A DNA stretch of 64,000 nucleotides from NCBI GenBank assembly GCA_033763315.1, contig JANRKS010000032.1, positions 448,001 through 512,000 on the forward strand. The letters are read 5' to 3'. The position numbers and the translations under genes are program-made. The stretch comes from Deltaproteobacteria bacterium. Its GTDB lineage: Bacteria; Myxococcota_A; Polyangia; Fen-1088. The notes below the pieces were generated by a model. It was not told the origin of the DNA, did not search any database, and saw nothing but the letters and a program-made list of their open reading frames with translations. This document shows, in pieces, positions 28,249 to 37,881 of the stretch. Every line of letters starts with the position of its first letter. Within the stretch, counting starts at the first letter, position 1.

Positions 28249-30000
28249 TCACGTCGAACGCGACAAAAAGCCCGGCAGCTGCGCCATCACCTGCGCCAGG
28301 GGGTGAGCCCACTGGCCCATCTGCTTCTGCCGAAACAGACGCATGCTGGGGTACCAAGGCGAGCGGGGGACGGTGGCTTCCCACCGCCAATCCGGCACCG
28401 CCGAAAGCATCATCCACGTGGGCCGTCCAAGAGCGGCCGCCAAATGAGGCAGTGAGGTGTCGCTCGAAATCAATAGATCCATGTGCTCCAACACCGCGGC
28501 GGTGTCGATGAAACTGTCGGTGCCGTTGTCGAGCTGTTCGGCCAGATTGATCACGGGGGCCGGCGCGTTGGCCGCGTGCCACTCGGCCAGCTGCTCGCTG
28601 CCGAAACCTTTTTGCAGCGAGTACAAAGCGATGGGTGCGCCTTGCCGCTTTGCCTCGAACAGAGGCTCGAACGTCGACAGCGGCATCGAACGCCGCGTGT
28701 CCTGGCGGTATTGCGGGTTGCCCTGCCACGCGATCGCGATGCGTGTGCGTCCATCGCGCGGGCCCAGCGCTTGGCTCCACCGCTGCAAGGCTTGGGGGGC
28801 CGCGTGCAAATAGCGGGTGGGCGCGCTGATGCGGTTGGGCTCGGGGCCGCACAAGTGGGGCAACGAGAACAGTGGCGCAAACAATTCCGCGCGCGGCATC
28901 GGCTCGCCTGGTCGCAGCACATGATCCACGCCGGCTGCCGTTTGCGCCAAGCTGGTTAACCAGGGGCGACCCGCCGGCAACCCAAGCGGGGGCGCCAAGG
29001 TGATGCGACCGACGCGCGGGCGCGCCAACGCCGCAAAACGAATGAGCTGAATGGTGTCGCCGAGGCCTTGCTCAGCCACAAGGATCAAGTGGGAGGCCGG
29101 AGCCGCCTGGCCTTGCCACAGCGACGGAGCCGGCCACTGCGCGGGAGGCACAGTCGCCCATTGCCGCACGCGATCTGCGTGCAGGCCCGCCAGGCCTTCG
29201 CGCCAACGTCCACGAAAGCAACGCAGCTGCGCCAAGTTGAAGGCCGCCACCGCGTGCTCAGGCGCTTCGGCGCACGCGATCTCCAGCTGACGTTCGGCTT
29301 TCTCGGCGCTGCCTGATTCACGCATCGCCGAGGCAAGGCTGACCCGCGCGTCCACGCATCCGGGCCACAACCGCAACGCGTGCGACGCGGCCTCCGCGGC
29401 TTCTGCAAAGCGGCCAATGCGCACGAGGGCGCGCGCGGCCAGATCAAAGAAGTGCGCTTGCTGTGGATGAGCGGCAGCCAAGTGCAAAAACGTGAGCGCC
29501 GCTTCATCCCACGCTTCCATGGTGGCGAGCGTGAGGAACAAGTTGTGCGCGTGGCCTGGCACCGTGGGCTCTAGATTCACGGCGGCTTCATGCAACACGC
29601 GCGCTTCAGCGAAGCGTGCCGCTCGTCGTTCGTCGGCCGTGGCCTGGCCGCGTTGACGCAAAAGATTGCCAAGCGCAGCGTATGCCAACACAAACGATGG
29701 TGCGTCTGTCAGCACGCCACGCAACTCGGATTCAGCCTCATCAAGCTTGCCTTGGCTGCGTAGTGACAACGCCAAGTTCTGCCGCGCTTGCAACAAGGTG
29801 GGTTCAGCCTGCAGCGCGCAGCGGAACGCCTCCACCGCCGTGCTGTGGTCCGCCCTTTGTTGTAGGCAAACGCCCAAGAGAAAATGCGCGGCCGCTTGGT
29901 TTGGAAATTGCGCCACGGCAACGCGCGCTTCCGCCTCCGCGTCTTTCCAACGCCGCTCTGCGAGCGCTGATTCAATGCTGCTTTGCCACGCGGGGACCAT
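28249..30000 (-). CDS. TPR-containing glycosyltransferase (GT-B, GT9-like C-terminus)
   Basis: N-terminal TPRs; AEQGLGDTIQLIRF, IAWQGNP, DTAAVLEHMDLLISSDTSLPHLAAALGRP, DWRW, SPWYPSMRLFRQ. Confidence 0.88.
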   Translation of the reverse strand: MVPAWQSSIESALAERRWKDAEAEARVAVAQFPNQAAAHFLLGVCLQQRADHSTAVEAFRCALQAEPTLLQARQNLALSLRSQGKLDEAESELRGVLTDAPSFVLAYAALGNLLRQRGQATADERRAARFAEARVLHEAAVNLEPTVPGHAHNLFLTLATMEAWDEAALTFLHLAAAHPQQAHFFDLAARALVRIGRFAEAAEAASHALRLWPGCVDARVSLASAMRESGSAEKAERQLEIACAEAPEHAVAAFNLAQLRCFRGRWREGLAGLHADRVRQWATVPPAQWPAPSLWQGQAAPASHLILVAEQGLGDTIQLIRFAALARPRVGRITLAPPLGLPAGRPWLTSLAQTAAGVDHVLRPGEPMPRAELFAPLFSLPHLCGPEPNRISAPTRYLHAAPQALQRWSQALGPRDGRTRIAIAWQGNPQYRQDTRRSMPLSTFEPLFEAKRQGAPIALYSLQKGFGSEQLAEWHAANAPAPVINLAEQLDNGTDSFIDTAAVLEHMDLLISSDTSLPHLAAALGRPTWMMLSAVPDWRWEATVPRSPWYPSMRLFRQKQMGQWAHPLAQVMAQLPGFLSRST

Positions 30001-30018
30001 TGATGAAGCGCTGGCGAA

Positions 30019-30477
30019 CTAACGGCTGGTGAGGGTTGACGTGCAGACCTTCGCACAATTAAGTGGCTGGGTTTCGCTTGAACGCAAATCTATGCATGCG
30101 AGGCGTTGCAGCCCATCTAGACACGAAGACGCTTTGCTCTCTTGAAAGGTTTCATTGGTGCCGCAGGCGAAGGGTTTTTGTGCACAGCCGGCTTTGAGGT
30201 TGGCGGTGCAGGTTGCTTCACTGGTGCCGATGTCGATGCCGCTTGCCAGCAGCGTGGGGCGTTGCGCTTCGCGCGCGGCGGCCTCAGTGCAAACCCAAAA
30301 GACTTTGCAATCAATGGCTGCCAAGCCTTCGCAGTAGGCCACAGCTGAAATGGGTTCCGGCACCGACGTGTCCACGCAGCCGGAACCAAAGCCAACTGTG
30401 GCGGTCAATGCAATGGTGGGCACGAGGACGCGCTGAATGCGGCGAAGAGCGAAGACATGGCGAGCGGTGAGGCGCAT
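30019..30477 (-). CDS. Cys-rich putative lipoprotein
   Basis: Lipobox-like FGSG-C followed by ~10 spaced Cys, typical of myxobacterial exported proteins; start uncertain. Confidence 0.65.
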   Translation of the reverse strand: MRLTARHVFALRRIQRVLVPTIALTATVGFGSGCVDTSVPEPISAVAYCEGLAAIDCKVFWVCTEAAAREAQRPTLLASGIDIGTSEATCTANLKAGCAQKPFACGTNETFQESKASSCLDGLQRLACIDLRSSETQPLNCAKVCTSTLTSR

Positions 30478-30572
30478 AGGAGCCAAGTGTAACCTGCAAA
30501 AGCCCACAATGTGCGCCACGGCAACGGGTGCGCGAGGGTGTGAGGAATTTATCGCGATCCGCCGATGGGGAT

Positions 30573-31979
30573 ATGCTGACGAGGGGGATGGGCTATGGCA
30601 GTACATCGCAGGAGCGGCAGACCTTGACCGGCGGCGGAGGTTTGCGCGTGTTTCGGGTGCAGACAGACTATGCAGAACCCACACAATTGGCCGAGAAACT
30701 CGCACCTTTTTGCGGCGACGACTCGGTGGTTTTGCCCGGCGCGCGCGGTCTGTCTGTGGGGACGGTGACACGTTTTTCGGTTGCGCTGTCGTCTGGGATC
30801 GCGGTGCTTTCGGGCCGCGGCCAGGTGCTCACCGTCAAAGGCGGCACAGACGATGGTGATGGCTCGCACGTGCGCGTGAAGGTGCTGGAGATCGACGACG
30901 AAAGCCTTTCATTTTGGGCCTCTTTGCTTTCACGTCGGCGGTCCGCCAGCCGGCTGCCGGCGCCGCCGCCCACCCCGGGCGCTGTGGGACGTCCACCGGC
31001 CCTGCCCGCGATGGAGCCCGCCGCCCACGCCTTGGCCGGCGTGGCGAAGCACACGTTCTTCGGCGAAGAAGCGCGCGTCTCGCAAGACAACGAGGCAACC
31101 GTTGTCGCCGCGGCTGGCGTTTCGGGGCCAGCGATCGACGAGGCTTCGGGTGGCATCGTGCCTCACTTGGCTGCGCCCGCTCGCATGGCTGGCGGCGTGG
31201 GGCGCGTCACCGGCAAAACACTCGGCTACACCCCTGGCCACACAGGCAAGGTGATGGTGGCGCGCAAATCGAACGTTCCGCCTTGGGCGGCGCCCCTTGT
31301 CACGCGCTTCGCCGCTGTGGCGAAGGCCATCTGGCAGCGGGTTCCGGAGGACGCCCAGCCCGCCGTGGCTCGCTTTGGGCCTTGGGGGGCGTTTTGGATC
31401 TTGGGCCTGTTGTGCGGCTTTTGGTGGGCGCCCAAGCCCACGCCCGTCAAGGATGTCGCCTTGGCCAGCGTGGCGGCTCCCGTGGCCCCGGCCGCGCCCG
31501 TACACGCTGCGCCCGTTCCATCGCGACCCATCTACGACCATTGCAGCGTCAACTTCACCACCACGCCCCCGGGGGCCCTGGTGCAATGGGGTGACCTTTC
31601 GCTTGGGCAAACGCCACTTCTGGGCGTGACTGTGCCGTGCGGTCGCACGCTGGTGTCATTTCGCCTGGCTGGCTTTGAACCGTTGGTGGCCACCATGACC
31701 GCCACGCTTGATGGCCCCGTGGTGTTCACGCAAACCCTAAAGCGCAACGAGGCCACGCTGTACCTCGTTAGCGCGCCCGCTGGGGCCGAGGTGCGTCTTG
31801 ACGGCAAACCGGCGGGCAGCACGCCGCTGTCGTTTGCCGTGCCGCAAGGCCAACCGTTTGAGCTTGAACTTGAGAAACCTGGCTACGTGCCGTTGAAGAA
31901 GACGATGCGCGTGACGGGACAAAAAGCGTTGCAATTAAAGTTGCAGCCGGCAAAAGCAAAACGAGCACACCCGCGTTAA
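30573..31979 (+). CDS. Membrane protein: PilZ-like N-terminal domain, TM, two PEGA domains
   Basis: TTTPPGALVQWG...GQTPL and SAPAGAEVRLDGKPAGSTPL...LEKPGY PEGA repeats; TM WGAFWILGLLCGFWW; N-terminal beta-rich domain resembling myxobacterial PilZ-like domains; start uncertain (30528-30588). Confidence 0.75.
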   Translation: MLTRGMGYGSTSQERQTLTGGGGLRVFRVQTDYAEPTQLAEKLAPFCGDDSVVLPGARGLSVGTVTRFSVALSSGIAVLSGRGQVLTVKGGTDDGDGSHVRVKVLEIDDESLSFWASLLSRRRSASRLPAPPPTPGAVGRPPALPAMEPAAHALAGVAKHTFFGEEARVSQDNEATVVAAAGVSGPAIDEASGGIVPHLAAPARMAGGVGRVTGKTLGYTPGHTGKVMVARKSNVPPWAAPLVTRFAAVAKAIWQRVPEDAQPAVARFGPWGAFWILGLLCGFWWAPKPTPVKDVALASVAAPVAPAAPVHAAPVPSRPIYDHCSVNFTTTPPGALVQWGDLSLGQTPLLGVTVPCGRTLVSFRLAGFEPLVATMTATLDGPVVFTQTLKRNEATLYLVSAPAGAEVRLDGKPAGSTPLSFAVPQGQPFELELEKPGYVPLKKTMRVTGQKALQLKLQPAKAKRAHPR

Positions 31980-31988
31980 GCACGATCA

Positions 31989-32465
31989 ATGTTTCGCCGA
32001 CGGCACATTCTTCTTTCCGCGACCTCTGCGGTGACCTCTTTCGTTTTTGCGATGGGCGGGCGTCGTGCGCGCGCGGCTGACATCGATTTGGATGTCATTA
32101 GCCACAAGGCAACCTCATTCGCGAAGCTATCGCGCCAGGAAGTGGCCGCGATCTTTACGCGCGCGATTCGCACGTGGCGCGGGGGTGAAATGTTGCGGCC
32201 GTTCAATTTTCGCCCCGGCAGCGCCGAACGGTTGACGTTTGATCACGTGGTGCTTGATATGGATCCGGATCAGAGCGCCCAGTTTTGGATCGACAAACTG
32301 GTTCGAGGCGAAGGCGAGCCGCCCCGCAAGGTCGGTGACGCGCGCACCATGCTCAAAGTGGTGGCGTCATTGCCTGGGGGCATCGGTTATGTGCCCGCAG
32401 GCGTCGCCGATGGCACTGTGCGAGTGGTTGCGCGCATCCGCAAAGGCAAGGTGGAGTCGCCATGA
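31989..32465 (+). CDS. Small periplasmic binding protein-like protein (PBP superfamily), probable Tat export
   Basis: FRRRHIL twin-arginine-like signal; LSRQEVAAIFT...W..G, KVVASLPGGIGYV motifs. Confidence 0.75.
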   Translation: MFRRRHILLSATSAVTSFVFAMGGRRARAADIDLDVISHKATSFAKLSRQEVAAIFTRAIRTWRGGEMLRPFNFRPGSAERLTFDHVVLDMDPDQSAQFWIDKLVRGEGEPPRKVGDARTMLKVVASLPGGIGYVPAGVADGTVRVVARIRKGKVESP

Positions 32466-33769
32466 GAACACGCCCGCCATTCATCGTGTTCGCTGCTTTG
32501 TTTGCGGCGCGTGTGGCTCACGCGCAGGATCTCGTGCCCGCTGCCGAGGCTGCGGCCACCACCGACGAAGCTGACAAGATCCTACGCGAAGTTGAGGCCG
32601 AAGCAGACACCACGGCTGCCGACGCGGCCGTTGATTCCAAACTCTTGGTTTACGGGTTTTTAGATGCCGGCGCCCAACGGTATTTCCGAGCCGACCCGCA
32701 AACGCAGGGGCTGCTTGCCACCCAGTCGTCGACGTTTGTCTCGGGCAACACCAACCTTTATTTCGACGCGCGGCCGGTGCGCGGCTGGCGGGGCTTGATA
32801 GAAACGCGCCTGTCGCTGCTGCCCCAGGGCGATTACGATATTAGCCGCCTGGGCGCCGTGCCTCGCACCGATACCCGCAAGGTGGATGCCACGAGCCCAT
32901 CGGGACGCAATAACGTTCAATTGGGCAGCGTGATCGTTGAACGCTCGCAGATCGAATACACGCACAACGACGCCGTGAATCTTCGCGTGGGGTATTTCTT
33001 CACGCCTTGGGGCATTTGGAACGTCGATCATGGCACACCCACGCTGATCTCCCTGATGATGCCGTCGTTCTTGGTGCAAGAGGCGGTGCCCCAGCGACAA
33101 ACAGGCGTGGAGTTCTACGGATCTTGGAACGGGCCGCCGTGGCAGATCGGTTATCACCTATACATATCGAACGGGCGCACGCGTACGTTGTTTGATCTCA
33201 GCGACGACAAGGCCGTGGGGGGCCGGTTGTTGGTGAGCCGGCAAGGCCGCGTTCGTTTCGCGTTGGGCTTTTCAGGTCTTTATGGGACCAGCAGCGACGA
33301 ATCCAAATCGATCACTCTCGATCCCGATGGCTACCCGGTGATCAACGCCAAGAAGCTTTACTCCTTTACGGAAAAGACGGTGGGCGCGGATCTGTCGCTT
33401 GACGCTGGCGGCTTCCGGTTGCGTGCCGAAGTTGTGCATCGACAGCAAATTTACGACAAAGGGTTTCACGAGCCGTCGACTCTGCGGCCGGGCGGCGTGC
33501 TGCCGAATTTCGCGGGGAACTTTGCCTATATCATCGGCGCTTACCGCTTCGCGCGGCACTATGAGCCCTACGTTTATGCGGAATGGGGCGACGGTGGATT
33601 GCGCAACAACATCATTGATTCTGGGTCTGTGTTCTCGGTAGGTCTGAACATCTATTTCACGCCATACACCCAGCTCAAAACGCAGTATGTTGAAAGCGTG
33701 TTCTCGAACTTCAGTGGTAACAATCATCATCTGGGGTTCTGGAGCGCTCGTTTGGTGTTGGCGTTTTGA
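32462..33769 (+). CDS. Outer-membrane porin/beta-barrel
   Basis: Signal peptide, VYGFLD, RVGYFFTPWGIWNVDH, alternating beta-strands, C-terminal Phe (RLVLAF); ATGA coupling to the PBP gene. Confidence 0.8.
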   Translation: MRTRPPFIVFAALFAARVAHAQDLVPAAEAAATTDEADKILREVEAEADTTAADAAVDSKLLVYGFLDAGAQRYFRADPQTQGLLATQSSTFVSGNTNLYFDARPVRGWRGLIETRLSLLPQGDYDISRLGAVPRTDTRKVDATSPSGRNNVQLGSVIVERSQIEYTHNDAVNLRVGYFFTPWGIWNVDHGTPTLISLMMPSFLVQEAVPQRQTGVEFYGSWNGPPWQIGYHLYISNGRTRTLFDLSDDKAVGGRLLVSRQGRVRFALGFSGLYGTSSDESKSITLDPDGYPVINAKKLYSFTEKTVGADLSLDAGGFRLRAEVVHRQQIYDKGFHEPSTLRPGGVLPNFAGNFAYIIGAYRFARHYEPYVYAEWGDGGLRNNIIDSGSVFSVGLNIYFTPYTQLKTQYVESVFSNFSGNNHHLGFWSARLVLAF

Positions 33770-33771
33770 AC

Positions 33772-34140
33772 ATGAGGCGCGCGACGATGAAAGCGATGGT
33801 TGTGATCGGTGTGCTGTTGTCGTTTGCGGCCTGCAAGCCCGAACCTTGCGATCCCGGATACGAGCTGCGCGACGGGGTGTGTTGGTTGCCTGTGCCTGTG
33901 GGTGACGCCGGCACCGACACAGCAGCCGCGGGCCCTACGTTTGGCTCCTCCTGCTCTGACGGTGTGGGGCACAGCGATTGTGCCAGCCCAGCCAACGTGT
34001 GCTTGATCCAGCCAGGTCAGCCCACCGGGTTTTGCAGCGCCGTGGGGTGCGATCAAAACCCCAGCCTGTGCCCGGCCGGGTGGGCGTGTTTTGACCTGTC
34101 CCAGATCCAGCCAGGAGCGCCCTGGGGCTGTGTGCATTAG
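33772..34140 (+). CDS. Cys-rich lipoprotein
   Basis: Lipobox FAA-C; many Cys (FGSSC, DCASPANVC, GFCSAVGC, CPAGWAC). Confidence 0.75.
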   Translation: MRRATMKAMVVIGVLLSFAACKPEPCDPGYELRDGVCWLPVPVGDAGTDTAAAGPTFGSSCSDGVGHSDCASPANVCLIQPGQPTGFCSAVGCDQNPSLCPAGWACFDLSQIQPGAPWGCVH

Positions 34141-34284
34141 CCGCTCGTTCGGAGCACTTTCTGTTGATCTTTCCGTGCCAGCCGCTAAGTTGGTGGCCCT
34201 CGACCGCGATTGCCTCCGAAAGCGCGACCCGAAGTTGGGTCACAAACCTCGAAAGCATCGTAAGTCGCTGAAAAAACAGTGTTT

Positions 34285-34359
<75 letters not shown>

Positions 34360-34587
34360 AATAACTGTTGATTAGAGGGGACGCGCGGGCCCAAAACGGC
34401 CTGCCTCCCTCGACGCTCCACGCTCGGCGCGGCCTGCATCGTTACATCACCGTGGCCTTGCGTGGGGCTTTTGTGACGCCGAGTTCCCCGAAAATCTTCA
34501 GGAATTTCAGTGTTTTATCGGGTACCACCGTTATCCAAAGCCTGTCATTCTTTACGGGTTGGCTTTGCGATTTAAATTGGTGTTCGA

Positions 34588-34977
34588 ATGACGAGCGGTT
34601 CACATGGCTGGCCAGTGCTGGTGGTCGAAGACGACCACGAGATACGTGAGAGCTTGCTGGACATTCTTTTTGACCAGGGCATTGGGGCGGTGGGCGCTGT
34701 GAACGGCCGGGATGGCTTGACAAAGTTGGCGGCCGCCGGTGGTGAGATATCGCTTGTTCTATTGGACATGATGATGCCTGTGCTGGATGGCGACGGCTTC
34801 CGCGAAGAGCAGTTGCGTGAGCCTCGGTTCGCCGACGTGCCCGTGGTGGTGATGTCGGCTTACCGCGATGTGGCCAGCATGGCCGGGCGGTTGGGGGTGG
34901 CCGGTTACATGCGCAAACCGTTCAATGTGGCGGAAGTCTTAAACGTGGTGAACCTGCACCGGCGTCAGGTCCCTTAG
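34588..34977 (+). CDS. Single-domain response regulator (CheY-like)
   Basis: VLVVEDD, LLDMMMPVLDG, VVVMSA, RKPF. Confidence 0.9.
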   Translation: MTSGSHGWPVLVVEDDHEIRESLLDILFDQGIGAVGAVNGRDGLTKLAAAGGEISLVLLDMMMPVLDGDGFREEQLREPRFADVPVVVMSAYRDVASMAGRLGVAGYMRKPFNVAEVLNVVNLHRRQVP

Positions 34978-35270
34978 AGGCTCGCCAGCAGCGTGTGCAG
35001 GGCCGCCAACGTGGCGCCCTTGATGTGAACGGTCTTCTTGCGGCCGGTGAGCCCACGGACGATCGTCACGTGACGTTTGGGCACGCCGAACAGATCCGCC
35101 AACGTCTGCACCAGCTCTTGGTTGGCGGCGCCGTCCACGGGAGGCGCCGCCAAGGCCACTTTCACGCGCTCGCCCAGCACGCCCACGATTGCACTGCGTG
35201 AGGCGCGCGGCTGCACCTGGACGTCCAAGTGCAGCTCGCCCTCATGCTCGCGCGCCGTCAGGGGTGACAC
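34974..35270 (-). CDS. DUF167/YggU-family protein
   Basis: VQPRASR...VALAAPPVDGAANQEL...GLTGRKKTV; directly downstream of leuS. Confidence 0.9.
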   Translation of the reverse strand: MSPLTAREHEGELHLDVQVQPRASRSAIVGVLGERVKVALAAPPVDGAANQELVQTLADLFGVPKRHVTIVRGLTGRKKTVHIKGATLAALHTLLASL

Positions 35271-35271
35271 G

Positions 35272-37815
35272 CTAGGCGACCACGATGTTCACGATCTTGC
35301 CCGGAACGACCACGACCTTGCGCACCTCTTTACCCTCAATGTGCTTTTGCACATTTGGTTGCTGCAGTGCCAAGCGTTCGGCTTCTTCTTTCGCGATGGT
35401 GCGTGGCACATCGATGCTGCCACGCATTTTCCCGTTGACTTGGATCGCCATCGTCACCACATCGTCGATGGTCAAAGCGTCGTCGAACGTTGGCCACGGC
35501 TGTTCGATGAGGAACCCCTTTTCGCCCAACGCTTGCCACGCTTCGTCACCCACGTGAGGCGCGTATGGCCCCACAAGTTTTACCAGCGTGATTAGATCTT
35601 CGCGTGTCGCGCCTTTGCCGGTCAACCCATTGACGTATTCCATCATCGCGGCCACGGCCGTGTTGAATTGCATGCGATCGAGATCCGCCGTCACACGTTT
35701 GATCGTTTTGTGTCGCAAACGCAGATGCGGATCGTCTTGCGGCGCTGTCTCGGGCTTCCATTCTTCCACCAACCGCCACAAGCGACGCAAAAAGCGGCTA
35801 CAGCCCTCGATGGCGCGCGCGTCCCACGGTTTGGGCAGCTCGAACTCGCCCATGAACATCTCGTAAAGGCGCAGAACATCAGCGCCGTATTCGTTGACAA
35901 CGTCGTCTGGATTCACGCCATTGAGACGGCTCTTCGCCATCTTCTCAACCGTGACCTTCACCGCTTCGCCCGTGCTTTTTAGGAAGGCGCCTTCTGGCCG
36001 CAGATCAATGTTTTCGATCGGGTGGTAATGCTCGCCTTGATCTTGGTACGTGAACGCCAAGACGGTGCCTTGGTGGCGCAGCTTTTTGAATGGTTCGAGC
36101 GACGACACCTTGCCCAAATCGTAAAGCACCTTATGCCAAAAACGCGCGTAAAGCAGGTGCAAAACGGCATGTTCAGCGCCTCCCACGTAGAGATCCACGG
36201 GGCCCCAATACTTTTCTTTCTCCGAAGAAAAGATCTCATGGCTGTTCTGCGCGTCGATGTAGCGCAAGTAATACCAGCACGAACCCGCCCATTGCGGCAT
36301 CGTGTTGGTTTCGCGGGCAAACCACTGGCCGTCCTTTTGGAAGAAGCGCCAATCCACCGCTTTGACCAAAGCGCCTTGTGGATCGCCGGGGCGGTAATCA
36401 TCGATCTCAGGCAAACGCAGCGGCAGCTCGGCTTCGTCGACGGCGATCGGTTGGCTGTAATCGATCTCGAAGGCCGCCCCTTGGCGCGGATCACCATCGG
36501 TTTTCACGGGGAAGTAGATCGGAATGGGCTCGCCCCAGTAGCGTTGGCGCGAAAACACCCAATCGCGCAAGCGATACGTGACGGCGCCTTTGCCTTGCCC
36601 TTGCGCTTCGAGGCGTTTGATCATTTCACGCTTCGCCTCCGGGGTGGGCAGGCCGTCGAGCGGCCCAGAATGAACGGCCACGCCTTCGGCTGTGTAAGCC
36701 ACTGACAAGTCAATCGCTTGCCCGTCCGCAGGCGCAACCACTTGCTTGATCGGCAACCCGTACTTTGTGGCAAAGGCGTGATCGCGTTCGTCGTGCGCGG
36801 GCACCGCCATGATGGCGCCGGTGCCATAGCCGGCCAAAACATAATCAGCGATCCAGATGGGAATGCGCTCGCCATTGACCGGATTGATGGCGAACCCACC
36901 GGTGAAGGCGCCCGTCTTGACCTTGGTGAGTTCGGTGCGTTCAAGATCGCTTTTGCTGCGGGCGGCGTCTTGGTAGGCCTGCACTTGCGTGGCTTGTTCG
37001 GGCGTGGTGAGGCGAGCCACCAACGCGTGTTCAGGGGCCAACACCATGTATGTGGCACCGGCCAACGTATCGGGCCGCGTGGTGAACACACGCAATGCTT
37101 CATCAAGGCCATCCACCTTGAACACAACTTCGGCGCCTTCGGAACGGCCGATCCAATTGCGCTGCATGGCGAGCGTTGAGTCGGGCCAATCCACGTGCTC
37201 AAGATCAGACAACAAGCGATCGGCGTAGGCGGTGATCTTCAACATCCACTGGCGCAAGGGCTGGCGCACCACGGGGTGGCCGCCCACTTCGCTTTTGCCG
37301 CCGATGACTTCCTCGTTGGCCAACACTGTGCCCAAGGCAGGGCACCAGTTGACAGCGATCTCAGATTGATAGGCCAAGCCCATCTTGAACAGCTGCAAGA
37401 AGATCCACTGCGTCCACTTGAAGTAGGCTGGATCGGTGGTGTTGACCTCGCGATCCCAATCATACGCGAAGCCGACTGAATCGATCTGACGGCGAAAGTT
37501 CGCAATGGCCGTGTACGTGGTCTCGCGCGGGTGAATGCCCGTTTTGATCGCATAGTTCTCAGCCGGCAGGCCGAACGCGTCCCAACCCATGGGGTGCAGA
37601 ACATTGAAGCCCTGCATCCGCTTCCATCGTGTGATGATGTCTGTGGCGGTATAGCCCTCGCAATGCCCCACGTGCAGCCCGGCCCCCGAGGGGTAGGGGA
37701 ACATATCGAGTGCGTAGAACTTCGGGCGCGTGGGGTCGAAGGGCGTTTTGTGCAAGCCGGCTTCGGTCCAGCGGGCCTGCCATTTGGGTTCAATCGAGCG
37801 GTGGTCGTAGGGCAT
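35272..37815 (-). CDS. leuS: Leucine--tRNA ligase
   Basis: DMFPYPSGAGLHVGH, GWDAFGLPAEN, FTTRPDT, GTGAIMAVPAHD, SRQRYWGEPIP, GGAEHAVLHLLYARF, KMAKS. Confidence 0.97.
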   Translation of the reverse strand: MPYDHRSIEPKWQARWTEAGLHKTPFDPTRPKFYALDMFPYPSGAGLHVGHCEGYTATDIITRWKRMQGFNVLHPMGWDAFGLPAENYAIKTGIHPRETTYTAIANFRRQIDSVGFAYDWDREVNTTDPAYFKWTQWIFLQLFKMGLAYQSEIAVNWCPALGTVLANEEVIGGKSEVGGHPVVRQPLRQWMLKITAYADRLLSDLEHVDWPDSTLAMQRNWIGRSEGAEVVFKVDGLDEALRVFTTRPDTLAGATYMVLAPEHALVARLTTPEQATQVQAYQDAARSKSDLERTELTKVKTGAFTGGFAINPVNGERIPIWIADYVLAGYGTGAIMAVPAHDERDHAFATKYGLPIKQVVAPADGQAIDLSVAYTAEGVAVHSGPLDGLPTPEAKREMIKRLEAQGQGKGAVTYRLRDWVFSRQRYWGEPIPIYFPVKTDGDPRQGAAFEIDYSQPIAVDEAELPLRLPEIDDYRPGDPQGALVKAVDWRFFQKDGQWFARETNTMPQWAGSCWYYLRYIDAQNSHEIFSSEKEKYWGPVDLYVGGAEHAVLHLLYARFWHKVLYDLGKVSSLEPFKKLRHQGTVLAFTYQDQGEHYHPIENIDLRPEGAFLKSTGEAVKVTVEKMAKSRLNGVNPDDVVNEYGADVLRLYEMFMGEFELPKPWDARAIEGCSRFLRRLWRLVEEWKPETAPQDDPHLRLRHKTIKRVTADLDRMQFNTAVAAMMEYVNGLTGKGATREDLITLVKLVGPYAPHVGDEAWQALGEKGFLIEQPWPTFDDALTIDDVVTMAIQVNGKMRGSIDVPRTIAKEEAERLALQQPNVQKHIEGKEVRKVVVVPGKIVNIVVA

Positions 37816-37881
37816 GGAAGGGCGGCATTTTACACGACCACACGCAGGCCGGGTTACGGATTCGCCGTCCCGGGCGCCAGC

